64,000 nucleotides of DNA, taken from assembly GCA_049609145.1 (NCBI GenBank), contig JBMYYF010000007.1, positions 9,823 to 73,822 of the forward strand, read 5' to 3'. Shown here piece by piece: positions 1-8,566 of the stretch; position 1 is the stretch's first letter, and each line of letters opens with the position of its first letter. The notes beneath the pieces were generated by a model. It did not search any database. It had not been told where the DNA came from and saw only the letters and a program-made list of their open reading frames with translations. A program made the translations under genes and the position numbers. This DNA comes from Alphaproteobacteria bacterium (GTDB taxonomy: Bacteria; Pseudomonadota; Alphaproteobacteria; SPJN01).

Positions 1-950
1 ACGGGTGCCCAAATCAAATCGTGTGCATCCAGCCGCGGGCCAACTTCCGCCAATGTCATCTTCGTGTAGGCCTCATCGAAAATATCCACCAGTTCTTTTG
101 AATATTTGCGGCGACCCTTCAAGGTTTGAAAACGCTCATCCTCCGCCACTTCGGGAATGTTGAGCGCATCGGTCATCGCGGGCAAATCATTTTGCCCTTG
201 GCGGGTTAATTGCATCACCCAATGGCCATCGCCTGTTTGATAGATATTGGTCAGTGGCTCCATCGCTTCATGGCGCGATTTGGTGGAGCCGACGCGCCCC
301 AAGCGTTGCTGGATAGACATGTCGGACGCCATGGAATAAATCCCTGTGCGCAACAGGGAAGTTTCGACCAACCGACCCTTGCCTGTGTTGCCGCGTTCAA
401 TCACAGCCGCCAAAATGCCTGAAAGCATCGCCATGGCGGTGGTGTGATCGCCCACTGCAACCCGCATGGGCAAAGGCGGCTCTCCCTTGCGCTGGGTCAG
501 CAGCGATTGGCCGGATCGTGCCCAAAAGGCTGCCATGTCAAAGCCGGGGCGATCTTTCTCAGGCCCTTCAAGGCCGTACCCGGTGACAGACGCATAGATC
601 AGCTTTGGGTTCACCTTGTGCACGCTCTCAAAATCCAGCCCGGCGCGTTCAAGTGCGCTGGGGCGTACATTGGTGAGAAACACATCTGCATCCAGCAGCA
701 GCTTGCGCAACACTTCTGCGCCGCGTTCATCCTTGATGTCGATGGCCAGGGCGCGCTTGCCGCGATTGTCCACATCAAAAACCGGATTACCCAGATGTTC
801 TGCGTTGGACCCGGCGAAGAAGTGACGGATCGGATCGCCCTTCGGGGCCTCAATCTTGATAACGTCTGCGCCCCAATCGGCCAACATGCCACCGGCAGCA
901 GGTGCCGCAATATAGGTCGCCATTTCAACGACTTTCAGACCTTCCAACAT
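1..950 (-). CDS. CoA-transferase family III (CaiB/BaiF-like); N-terminal ~316 aa, gene runs off the window start
   Basis: Reverse translation from ATG at 950..948 gives MLEGLKVVEMATYIAAPAAGGMLADWGADVIKIEAPKGDPIRHFF...VFLTNVRPSALERAGLDFESVHKVNPKLIYASVTGYG, the canonical N-terminus of family III CoA-transferases. Absent from the ORF track only because no stop lies inside the window. Confidence 0.8.
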   Translation of the reverse strand, partial: MLEGLKVVEMATYIAAPAAGGMLADWGADVIKIEAPKGDPIRHFFAGSNAEHLGNPVFDVDNRGKRALAIDIKDERGAEVLRKLLLDADVFLTNVRPSALERAGLDFESVHKVNPKLIYASVTGYGLEGPEKDRPGFDMAAFWARSGQSLLTQRKGEPPLPMRVAVGDHTTAMAMLSGILAAVIERGNTGKGRLVETSLLRTGIYSMASDMSIQQRLGRVGSTKSRHEAMEPLTNIYQTGDGHWVMQLTRQGQNDLPAMTDALNIPEVAEDERFQTLKGRRKYSKELVDIFDEAYTKMTLAEVGPRLDAHDLIWAP

Positions 951-1140
951 GGATAATTCCCCAACTTAAATTCAAATTTCGATTGGCTGCATTAAGCGCA
1001 GGGAAGGGGGGCAGGTCAAGCGGGCGCAGGCGGAACACAACTGACCCCGACCGGGGTCCGGCGCGCCTGCGGTTATGCCGCAGGAGGAATGCGCCGCCCC
1101 GCGGAGGCGTAGAGCGCAGCTTTACTGCCGTGAGCGAAAA

Positions 1141-1488
1141 CTAAGTCGAGAAATCGATATCGCCCCAGAACCGCTCTGAGGCATGAACATCCTTCAGCGC
1201 CTCAAGCTGTTGCCAAAAAGCATCGCGCGCGGGCGAGACGAGATAGGCGTCCAGCGCGGCGCGGCTTTCAAAGCCATAGATCAGCAGCACTTGCGGCCAA
1301 CCAGTTGGTTCGTGGGGTTGATCCAGCTTGACCTTGTGGCCCCACAAAATGCCCGGTTCTGCACAAATCTCGGCCATGTGCTTTTCTTCCAGCCACGTCA
1401 TATAGGCTTCGCCGCCTTCCGGGTTCATCCAGCTTTTAACGCAATAGATCAGCGGCGCACCTTCAACCTTGCGCGGTGGTGCCATCAA
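1141..1488 (-). CDS. hypothetical cytoplasmic protein (115 aa)
   Basis: Complete ORF whose start overlaps the stop of the upstream secreted-protein gene (ATGA at 1485-1488), implying an operon. No recognisable catalytic motif; possibly Dabb/ABM-like or DUF4286-like, but family not verified. Confidence 0.5.
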   Translation of the reverse strand: MMAPPRKVEGAPLIYCVKSWMNPEGGEAYMTWLEEKHMAEICAEPGILWGHKVKLDQPHEPTGWPQVLLIYGFESRAALDAYLVSPARDAFWQQLEALKDVHASERFWGDIDFST

Positions 1489-2213
1489 ACGGGGCTTTCT
1501 TCTTCGCCGCCATCGTCAAAGCTGCCTTCGGATTCGCGCTTGAAAATGGCCTTGCCCATGGGTGTATCAAATTCCATGCGGCAGAATTTGCTGTTTTCTT
1601 CATACCACACCACAAAGGCGGCATCCTTGCCTTCTTCGTTTAGGGTGTTGATGGCATAGGCTTCGCATTCAATCTCTTCGCCATTGGCTTCCACGGTTTC
1701 AAAGCCGCGCCGGGTAACGATGAAGGGCCGGGTTTCGCCGGTTGCCATATCGAACAGGTTTTCCCGCTTGATGATAGAGCGGTGCCAGAACATGATCGGC
1801 CACGCATTCGAAGGCAGCTCGTGCGTTTCGCCATTATTATTGCGGGCTTTTAGGGAACGGCCCTCGCGGGTCACGTCCAAGGAACGGTTTTGGCCACCAA
1901 CGGGTGATTGAATGTCCAGTCTGTTTTCAAGGCTTTCCAAGCCCTTCCGGCTAAACACCGCTTTCGCGCGCTGGTCCATGTTGAACACGGTCATATACAT
2001 GCGGGTGACAGACATATTTTGGCTGCGATGCACAATCAAATTGCCGTCCTCGCGCTCAAAGCGGGCGGCATAGGTGCCGAAGCGTTCGCCGCCTTCGGTA
2101 TAAATGCCAAAGTAAAGCGCATCGCCATCTTGCGGCTTCCATGTTTCGGCCAAGGCGGGGGCACTCAACCCCATCAGTGCTGTGGTGGCGGCTGCCATGA
2201 GTGTCTTTTTCAT
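1485..2213 (-). CDS. hypothetical secreted protein (242 aa) with N-terminal signal peptide
   Basis: MKKTLMAAATTALMGLSAPALA-ETW is a classical Sec signal with an AXA cleavage site. The rest is acidic and globular. Translationally coupled to the 1141-1488 gene. Confidence 0.6.
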   Translation of the reverse strand: MKKTLMAAATTALMGLSAPALAETWKPQDGDALYFGIYTEGGERFGTYAARFEREDGNLIVHRSQNMSVTRMYMTVFNMDQRAKAVFSRKGLESLENRLDIQSPVGGQNRSLDVTREGRSLKARNNNGETHELPSNAWPIMFWHRSIIKRENLFDMATGETRPFIVTRRGFETVEANGEEIECEAYAINTLNEEGKDAAFVVWYEENSKFCRMEFDTPMGKAIFKRESEGSFDDGGEEESPV

Positions 2214-2334
2214 GATCGGTTCCTCTGGTTACTAGGATTTCTTAAGGCCATTGCGTGCTATGATCAATTGTTGAACGCGAAATGTGCCCAAAATTGGGCC
2301 GAAAATGTGATGCAAATCAGGAGAGCCGGTTGTC

Positions 2335-2775
2335 ATGTCGTCCCCAAATTGTCCCCCAAGCCATGGCAGAGCTTTTACGCATATCGCGTTGCATATCAAG
2401 GCGTTGAAGCCTTCTATCGCATTTTATCGAGATTTGTGTGGGCTGGTGGTGGTGCATGAACGCACTGATAACGGCACAGGCGTGGCATGGATGGCAGATA
2501 AAGGCCACGAGGATCGCTTTGTGATTGTGTTGATAGAAGGCGGCGATCATCCAGCGCAGGAGGAGGATGATTTCAGCCATATCGGCATTGCCGTTGAAAG
2601 CCGGGCAGAGGTGGATGCCATCGCCGCTCATGGGCGCGATGCAGGCTGTCTGGCGTGGGAGCCAACCGATCTACCTTATCCCGTGGGTTATTTTTGTGGC
2701 TTGCGCGACCCCGATGGCAAAATTGTTGAGTTTTCCTACGGTCAGCCCCTTGGCCCCGGTGCGCCAAAGCATTAA
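2335..2775 (+). CDS. VOC family protein (glyoxalase/bleomycin-resistance/extradiol-dioxygenase fold)
   Basis: 146-aa product with 'FTHIALHIKALKPSIAFYRDLCGL...HIGIAVESRAEVDAI...DPDGKIVEF', a typical beta-alpha-beta-beta-beta VOC module pattern with His/Glu metal ligands. Confidence 0.7.
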   Translation: MSSPNCPPSHGRAFTHIALHIKALKPSIAFYRDLCGLVVVHERTDNGTGVAWMADKGHEDRFVIVLIEGGDHPAQEEDDFSHIGIAVESRAEVDAIAAHGRDAGCLAWEPTDLPYPVGYFCGLRDPDGKIVEFSYGQPLGPGAPKH

Positions 2776-2806
2776 CCTTTCCCCAAATTGGGAAAGGGGC
2801 TTCTCC

Positions 2807-5095
2807 ATGAAACGCGTGTTTTTGATTTTGGTGCTGTTGATCGGCGCCGGGGTGATTTTTCATTTTATGGGCACAAACGGGCTGGTGGGTGATCCCGGTG
2901 ATGCCGGCACAATAGAAGGGGCCGCCCTGCCGGCTGGGGTCACAACCGCGAAGGTTGAAACCCAGCAAAGCGCCATCGCGGCCATGGGCAAAAACCCGGA
3001 AAGCCAAATCCTGTTTGGCGATCTGCATGTTCACACAACATTCTCTGCTGATGCGTTCATGTTCTCGCTGCCCGTTGCCAGCGGGGTGGGGGCGCATCCG
3101 GTCGCAGATGCGTGTGATTTTGCACGTTATTGTTCCCAGCTTGATTTCTGGTCGATTAACGACCATGCCGAATATCTCACCTCCAGCCGCTGGGGCCAAA
3201 CGGTAGATACGATCCGTCAGTGCAATGCGGTGGCAGGGGATCAATCCAACCCTGACATGGTCAGCTATCTGGGTTGGGAATGGACACAGGTTGGCTTGGA
3301 TCGCCCCAGCCATTACGGCCACAAAAATGTCATTCTGGCAGATTTGGCAGATGATCGAATTCCAGATCGCCCCATCGCTTCAGCCGTTGGTATTGCGGGC
3401 ACCCGCGTGTCGCCTGCCATCGGTATGGCGGGTTACTGGTTTTCCTACGATAGCAGCTTTTTGGATTTTGCGGCCTATTTGCATGAAACCGCCAAGGAAG
3501 ATGGCTGCCCGCAGGGCTTGAATGTGCGGGATCTGCCGCAAGGCTGTATCGATGCAACGCCAACGCCGGATGTTCTTTATCGCAAATTGCGCGAATGGGG
3601 CCATCGTTCCATTGTTATCCCGCATGGCACCACATGGGGGCTGTACACGCCCCAAGGGTCAAGCTGGGACAAGCAATTGGCGGGCGACATGCACGACCCC
3701 AATATCCAAACCTTGATCGAAGTGTTTTCCGGTCATGGTAACTCAGAAGATTATCGCCCATGGCGCGAATATGAAGTGGCGGAAGATGGCACGCATATTT
3801 GCCCGGAACCATCGGAGGGCTATTTGCCTCTGTGCTGGCAGGCAGGCGAAATTACGGAAAAACGCTGCAATGATATTGGCACGGAAAGCCCTGAAGCCTG
3901 CGCCCAACACGCCGCCAATGCGCGCAAATTTGGCGCGAATGTCGATGGGTCCAATCCATGGCGTGTACTCAAAGGCACGGAGCTGACAGATTGGCTGGAT
4001 GCGGGCCAATGCGCCGATTGCTTCCAGCCCGCCTTCAACTATGTGCCCACAAGTTCCGTGCAGTACATTCTGGCACTCACCAATTTTGACGAACCGGGCG
4101 AGCCCAAGCGTTTTCGGTTTGGCATGATGGGGTCGTCTGATATTCACACCGCGAAGCCCGGCACGGGCTACAAGGAATATTGGCGCACAGAAATGACAGA
4201 GGCCGTGGGCGCAGATAAAGATGCGCCGTTTTGGGCCACCGCATCTGTGTTCCCAACAGATGAAGCCCGTAGGAATTATGTCCCGGTAGAGGTGGCGTCT
4301 GGCACGCAAGGCGGGCTGACATCTGTCGTCAATCAAGCGTCGGTGGGGCAATTGGATGGCACGGGGTCATCCCTTTATACAGGCGGCTTGATTGCCGTTC
4401 ACGCCGATGGGCGCGATCGCGATTCGATCTGGCAAGGAATGCAACAAAAGAACGTCTATTCCACCTCCGGCCCGCGCATGTTGCTGTGGTTTGATGCGGT
4501 GCACGAAGATGGCACGCGCGATCCAATGGGCACCCAGATTGTGTCAGACAGCTCCCCCGTTTTTGAGGTAAAAGCCCTTGGCTCTTTTGAACAAAAGCCC
4601 GGCTGCCCCGATCACGTGACCGATGGTTTAACCGGCCAGCGGATTGAGGCACTGTGCGGGGGCGAATGTTACAACCCCTCAGATGTCCGTCGGCCCATCT
4701 CGCGGATCGAGATTGTGCGGATCAGGCCGCAAGCCACACCGGGCGAAAGCATGGATCAATTGATTGATGATCCATGGAAAGTGTTTGAGTGCCCGGCAGA
4801 TGGCACAGGCTGTTCTGCCACCTTCACGGATGAGGCGTTTGCCGGGTCCGGGCGGGATGCGGTCTACTACGCCAAGGCGTTCGAGGTACCTTCCATGGCA
4901 GTGAACGGCAAGCAATTGCGCTGCACCTATGATGAGGAAGGCAATTGCATCGCGACCAATCCCTGCTATGGCTCCAATATCCGCACACCGGAAGATGATG
5001 ATTGCTTGGGCGAAGTGGAAGAACGCGCTTGGTCTTCTCCCATCTTTGTCGATCACAAGGCGGGCGTCATGGCTACTGCAACGCTGGCGGATTAG
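2807..5095 (+). CDS. DUF3604 family protein with N-terminal membrane anchor/signal
   Basis: Start chosen at ATG 2807 (GGAAAGGGG SD upstream; MKRVFLILVLLIGAGVIF hydrophobic N-terminus). Contains 'GDLHVHTTFSADAF...DFWSINDHAEY' PHP-like metal-binding motifs characteristic of DUF3604. The long ORF-track version starting at 2567 overlaps the VOC gene and is probably not the real start. Confidence 0.75.
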   Translation: MKRVFLILVLLIGAGVIFHFMGTNGLVGDPGDAGTIEGAALPAGVTTAKVETQQSAIAAMGKNPESQILFGDLHVHTTFSADAFMFSLPVASGVGAHPVADACDFARYCSQLDFWSINDHAEYLTSSRWGQTVDTIRQCNAVAGDQSNPDMVSYLGWEWTQVGLDRPSHYGHKNVILADLADDRIPDRPIASAVGIAGTRVSPAIGMAGYWFSYDSSFLDFAAYLHETAKEDGCPQGLNVRDLPQGCIDATPTPDVLYRKLREWGHRSIVIPHGTTWGLYTPQGSSWDKQLAGDMHDPNIQTLIEVFSGHGNSEDYRPWREYEVAEDGTHICPEPSEGYLPLCWQAGEITEKRCNDIGTESPEACAQHAANARKFGANVDGSNPWRVLKGTELTDWLDAGQCADCFQPAFNYVPTSSVQYILALTNFDEPGEPKRFRFGMMGSSDIHTAKPGTGYKEYWRTEMTEAVGADKDAPFWATASVFPTDEARRNYVPVEVASGTQGGLTSVVNQASVGQLDGTGSSLYTGGLIAVHADGRDRDSIWQGMQQKNVYSTSGPRMLLWFDAVHEDGTRDPMGTQIVSDSSPVFEVKALGSFEQKPGCPDHVTDGLTGQRIEALCGGECYNPSDVRRPISRIEIVRIRPQATPGESMDQLIDDPWKVFECPADGTGCSATFTDEAFAGSGRDAVYYAKAFEVPSMAVNGKQLRCTYDEEGNCIATNPCYGSNIRTPEDDDCLGEVEERAWSSPIFVDHKAGVMATATLAD

Positions 5096-5203
5096 CATGC
5101 CCAAGCCCGCGACCTTGGTCCACAATGGGGTGGCCTTGCGTGGGGTCGCGGGGCCTTGTAGGGTCCGCTCCAAATTCCATATCCACTGATAGACCGACCG
5201 CAA

Positions 5204-6208
5204 ATGACAGTTCGCTCCGATTTGATTGATGCCATTGGCAACACCCCTTTGATCAAGCTCAATGCCGCTTCCAAGGCAACGGGCTGCACCATTTTGGGCA
5301 AAGCCGAATTTATGAACCCCGGCCAATCGGTAAAGGACCGGGCGGCGAAGTTCATTATTGAGGACGCGATTGCCAAGGGCCAATTGCGTGAAGGTGGCAC
5401 AATCGTGGAAGGCACGGCAGGCAATACAGGCATTGGTATCGGGCTGGTGGCGAACGCTATGGGCTTCAAAACCGTGATCGTCATGCCTGAAACCCAGTCT
5501 CAGGAAAAGAAGGATATGCTGCGCCTGATCGGCTGCGATCTGCGCCTTGTGCCCGCGGTGCCCTATAAAGACCCGATGAATTATGTCAAATATTCCGGTA
5601 GGTTAGCGGAAGAACTTGCACAAACAAATGAAGGCGGTGCGGTATGGGCCAACCAATTTGACAACGTCGCCAACCGCCAAGCCCATATCGAAGGCACCGG
5701 GCCAGAGATCTATGACGCGCTGAATGGCAAGATTGATGGCTTTGTGGCTGCTGTTGGCACGGGCGGCACGGTTGCGGGCATTTCCATGGCGTTGAAGGAC
5801 CGGGATCAAAACATCGTCACCGCGGTGGCAGATCCGATGGGCTCTGCCATTTATGGTCACTATGCCCATGGGGAACTAAAGGCCGAAGGCACGTCCATCA
5901 CCGAAGGCATCGGCCAAGGCCGCATTACCGCCAATCTGGAAGGGGCGCCGATCGATCGGGCCTATCAGATCAGCGACGACGAGGCGCTGCCCATCATCTT
6001 CGATCTATTGATGGAAGAAGGGCTGTGCATTGGCGGTTCCAGCGGCATTAACGTGGCAGGCGCGATCGCTCTTGCCAAAGAGCTTGGGCCGGGCCATACC
6101 ATCGTGACGATCTTGGCCGATTACGGAACACGCTATCAATCCAAGCTGTTCAACCCGGCCTTTCTGCGGGAAAAAAACCTGCCCATACCCGGCTGGTTAG
6201 AGGATTAA
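5204..6208 (+). CDS. PLP-dependent cysteine synthase / cystathionine beta-synthase family enzyme (CysK-like)
   Basis: 'NPGQSVKDRAAKFII' (PLP-lysine), 'GTAGNTGIGIGLVA', 'VGTGGTVAGIS' glycine loops: fold-type II PLP enzyme of the CysK/CBS family. Confidence 0.8.
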   Translation: MTVRSDLIDAIGNTPLIKLNAASKATGCTILGKAEFMNPGQSVKDRAAKFIIEDAIAKGQLREGGTIVEGTAGNTGIGIGLVANAMGFKTVIVMPETQSQEKKDMLRLIGCDLRLVPAVPYKDPMNYVKYSGRLAEELAQTNEGGAVWANQFDNVANRQAHIEGTGPEIYDALNGKIDGFVAAVGTGGTVAGISMALKDRDQNIVTAVADPMGSAIYGHYAHGELKAEGTSITEGIGQGRITANLEGAPIDRAYQISDDEALPIIFDLLMEEGLCIGGSSGINVAGAIALAKELGPGHTIVTILADYGTRYQSKLFNPAFLREKNLPIPGWLED

Positions 6209-6211
6209 GCC

Positions 6212-7072
6212 ATGACGCAAACGCCCATGCCGAACATTGTCACGACAGAGTGGCTGCACGAAAATATCAGCGCGCCGGATGTGCGCGCGGTAGATGCATC
6301 ATGGTATTTGCCTGGCACCCATCGTGATGCGCGGGCTGAATATAAAAAGACCCATATTCCCGGGGCCGTCTATTTCGATATTGATGAAATCGCAGATTTG
6401 TCGACCGATCTTCCCCATATGCTGCCGCGGCCTGAAAAGTTTTCCAGCCGGGTGCGCCGCTTGGGATTGGGTGATGGCCAACGCATCGTGATTTATGACA
6501 GCGCCGGGTGCTATTCCGCCCCGCGCGTGTGGTGGATGTTCAAGGTTTACGGCCATGATCGTGTCGCCGTGCTGGATGGCGGCTTGCCCAAATGGCGCGC
6601 CGAAGGTCGTCCGCTGGAAAACCTGCCCCCCATGCCGCGCGAACGGCATTTCACGGCGCGCCTCAACCCCGCCTTGTTGCGTACCGTCGAACAGATGGAA
6701 GTCAATTTGAGCAATGGCTTGGAACAAGTGGTAGATGCCCGCGCCCGCGGGCGCTTTTTGGGCACAGAGCCTGAGCCGCGGGAAGGTTTGCGCGGTGGGC
6801 ATATTCCCGGCTCTTTGAATATCCCCTATGATCGTCTGCTGCATTCCAATGGCACCTTCAAAGGCCCGATGGAGATTAAGGCAATGGCGAAGGAAGTCGG
6901 GGTCGATTTCGATAAGCCGGTTGTCACTACCTGCGGATCAGGCGTGACAGCCACCTTGCTGGCACTGGCATTGCAAGATGCCGGGCATAAGGATGTCTCT
7001 GTCTATGATGGGTCTTGGGCCGAATGGGGCTCTAAGGAAGAACTGCCCGTCGCGACAGAATCGGAAGACTAG
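6212..7072 (+). CDS. sseA: 3-mercaptopyruvate sulfurtransferase (tandem rhodanese domains)
   Basis: 286 aa, two rhodanese modules. N-terminal 'DASWYLP...HIPGAVYFDIDEI', C-terminal catalytic 'TTCGSGVTAT' cysteine loop (CG[ST]GVTA is the MST signature). 3 nt after the CysK-like gene. Confidence 0.8.
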   Translation: MTQTPMPNIVTTEWLHENISAPDVRAVDASWYLPGTHRDARAEYKKTHIPGAVYFDIDEIADLSTDLPHMLPRPEKFSSRVRRLGLGDGQRIVIYDSAGCYSAPRVWWMFKVYGHDRVAVLDGGLPKWRAEGRPLENLPPMPRERHFTARLNPALLRTVEQMEVNLSNGLEQVVDARARGRFLGTEPEPREGLRGGHIPGSLNIPYDRLLHSNGTFKGPMEIKAMAKEVGVDFDKPVVTTCGSGVTATLLALALQDAGHKDVSVYDGSWAEWGSKEELPVATESED

Positions 7073-7293
7073 GCTTCTTCCATAACGGCGACGACCTGCC
7101 CTTCTTCTACCGTATCGCCCTCAGCGACGAGGATTTCTACCAGTGTGCCGTCTTCGGGTGCCGCGACGGGAATTTCCATCTTCATGCTTTCAAGGATCAG
7201 GATGTCGTCATCCTCGTCCAACGCATCACCTGCCTTGGTCACAATCTGCCAGACTTTACCGGTAATCTCCGACTTCACCTCGATCTTGCTCAT
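7069..7293 (-). CDS. small biotin/lipoyl-attachment domain protein (biotin carboxyl carrier-like, 74 aa)
   Basis: Contains the biotinylation motif 'LESMKMEIPV' (xMKM) in a ~70-aa hybrid-barrel domain. Stop overlaps the sseA stop convergently; start overlaps the metC-like stop (operon). Confidence 0.75.
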   Translation of the reverse strand: MSKIEVKSEITGKVWQIVTKAGDALDEDDDILILESMKMEIPVAAPEDGTLVEILVAEGDTVEEGQVVAVMEEA

Positions 7294-8480
7294 CAGCCCT
7301 TCCCCCTTAATCGCTCAAAACCAGCATCCAGATCTGTGATCAGATCGTCAATATTTTCCAGCCCGGCATGAATGCGCAGCAATGGGCCAAAGCCCTCCCA
7401 TGGGGTTGCGCTGCGATCAGGCGCGGGCTTGGCATACATGATCAGGCTTTCAAAGCCGCCCCATGAAAAGCCCATGCCGAACAGGCCCATGCCATCCAGC
7501 ATGGCGTGAACGGCGGCATCGCTGTAATCGTTGAGCTCAATTGCAAACAGGCCGCAAGCCCCGGTGAAGTCCCGTTTCCATAATTCATGGCCGGGTGCGC
7601 CGGGCAAGGCGGGATGGCGCACTTGCTTTACCTCTGGCCGCGTCGCCAGCCATTTTGCCAGCGCAACGCCGGTCGCTTCATGTTGCTTGAGCCGCGTGGC
7701 CAATGTGCGCAGGCCACGTGCTGCCAAAAAGGCATCATCCGGTGCCGTGTGCAGGCCAACCGCGGCATGGGTTTTGAACAGCCGCGTCCAGTGCTTTTGC
7801 TGGCAGGAAATCGTGCCCACCATCGCGTCCGCATGGCCAACAATATATTTGGTGGCTGCCTGCACGCATATGTCCACGCCCAGCCCAAACACATCAAGGT
7901 AAAGCGGGGTGGCCCATGTATTGTCGATAATGGTGACAATGCCCTTGGCGCGCGCCACTTTTGTAATGGCGGGTACATCTTGCACCTCAAAGGTCAGCGA
8001 GCCGGGGCTTTCCAGAAAGATCACTGCCGTATTATCTCGCACCAGTTCCTCAATGCCCGCGCCAATCAACGGATCGTAATAGGTAGTTTCCACCCCCATC
8101 CGTTTCAGCACTTGATCGCAATATTTGCGTGTGGGGCCATAAACGCTGTCTGTCACCAAAATGTGATCGCCGGTTTTCACGAAGGCCAGCAAGGCCGTTG
8201 TACAGGCCGCAAGGCCGGAAGGGGCCAGCAGGCAGTGATCTGCGCCTTCCAGTTCGGCAATGGCGGCTTGCAGTTGAAACTGCGTAGGCGTGCCGCGCCT
8301 GCCATAATAAGGATTGCCATAGGGCTTGGTGCCTGCGGCCTCCATTTCATCCACCGTTTCAAACAAAATAGTCGAGGCGTGGTAGACAGGCGGGCTCACT
8401 GCCCCGAACTGCTTGGCAGGGTCACGCCCCAAATGCGCCACCTTTGTTTCTTTGGCTATGTTCTTCTTCTGCTTGCTCAT
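7293..8480 (-). CDS. metC: cystathionine beta-lyase-like PLP-dependent C-S lyase (Cys/Met metabolism family)
   Basis: 'AATKYIVGHADAMVG' (PLP-lysine in ATKY), 'YGNPYYGRRGTPT', 'IFLESPGSLTFEVQD': trans-sulfuration enzyme family. Start placed at ATG 8480 (MSKQKK...); an upstream in-frame ATG at 8540 is possible. Confidence 0.7.
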   Translation of the reverse strand: MSKQKKNIAKETKVAHLGRDPAKQFGAVSPPVYHASTILFETVDEMEAAGTKPYGNPYYGRRGTPTQFQLQAAIAELEGADHCLLAPSGLAACTTALLAFVKTGDHILVTDSVYGPTRKYCDQVLKRMGVETTYYDPLIGAGIEELVRDNTAVIFLESPGSLTFEVQDVPAITKVARAKGIVTIIDNTWATPLYLDVFGLGVDICVQAATKYIVGHADAMVGTISCQQKHWTRLFKTHAAVGLHTAPDDAFLAARGLRTLATRLKQHEATGVALAKWLATRPEVKQVRHPALPGAPGHELWKRDFTGACGLFAIELNDYSDAAVHAMLDGMGLFGMGFSWGGFESLIMYAKPAPDRSATPWEGFGPLLRIHAGLENIDDLITDLDAGFERLRGKG

Positions 8481-8566
8481 GCCCGGCTTGGCCTTTTTTT
8501 TGACATCTTGTGTGATAGGGTGCGCGGCAACATCTATCAAGCCTTCAATATAACGGAGTTACCGAT

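Noticed and set aside
1060-1090. Short inverted repeat CCTGCGG-ttatg-CCGCAGG downstream of the 1141-1488 gene as a terminator
   Set aside because: The stem is only 7 bp, it is not followed by a U-tract on the transcribed strand, and it sits in a generally GC-rich spacer. Too weak to call.
2573-3322. 249-aa minus-strand ORF inside the DUF3604 gene. Similar long antisense ORFs occur at 7587-8606 (opposite metC), 8897-9535 (opposite aapJ), 48920-49942 (opposite the cysteine desulfurase), 52638-53435 (opposite sufD) and 53779-54579 (opposite sufS).
   Set aside because: All lie opposite genes with strong family signatures. They have Arg/Ala/Gly-rich, low-complexity compositions typical of shadow ORFs in GC-rich DNA. 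They lack SD sequences.
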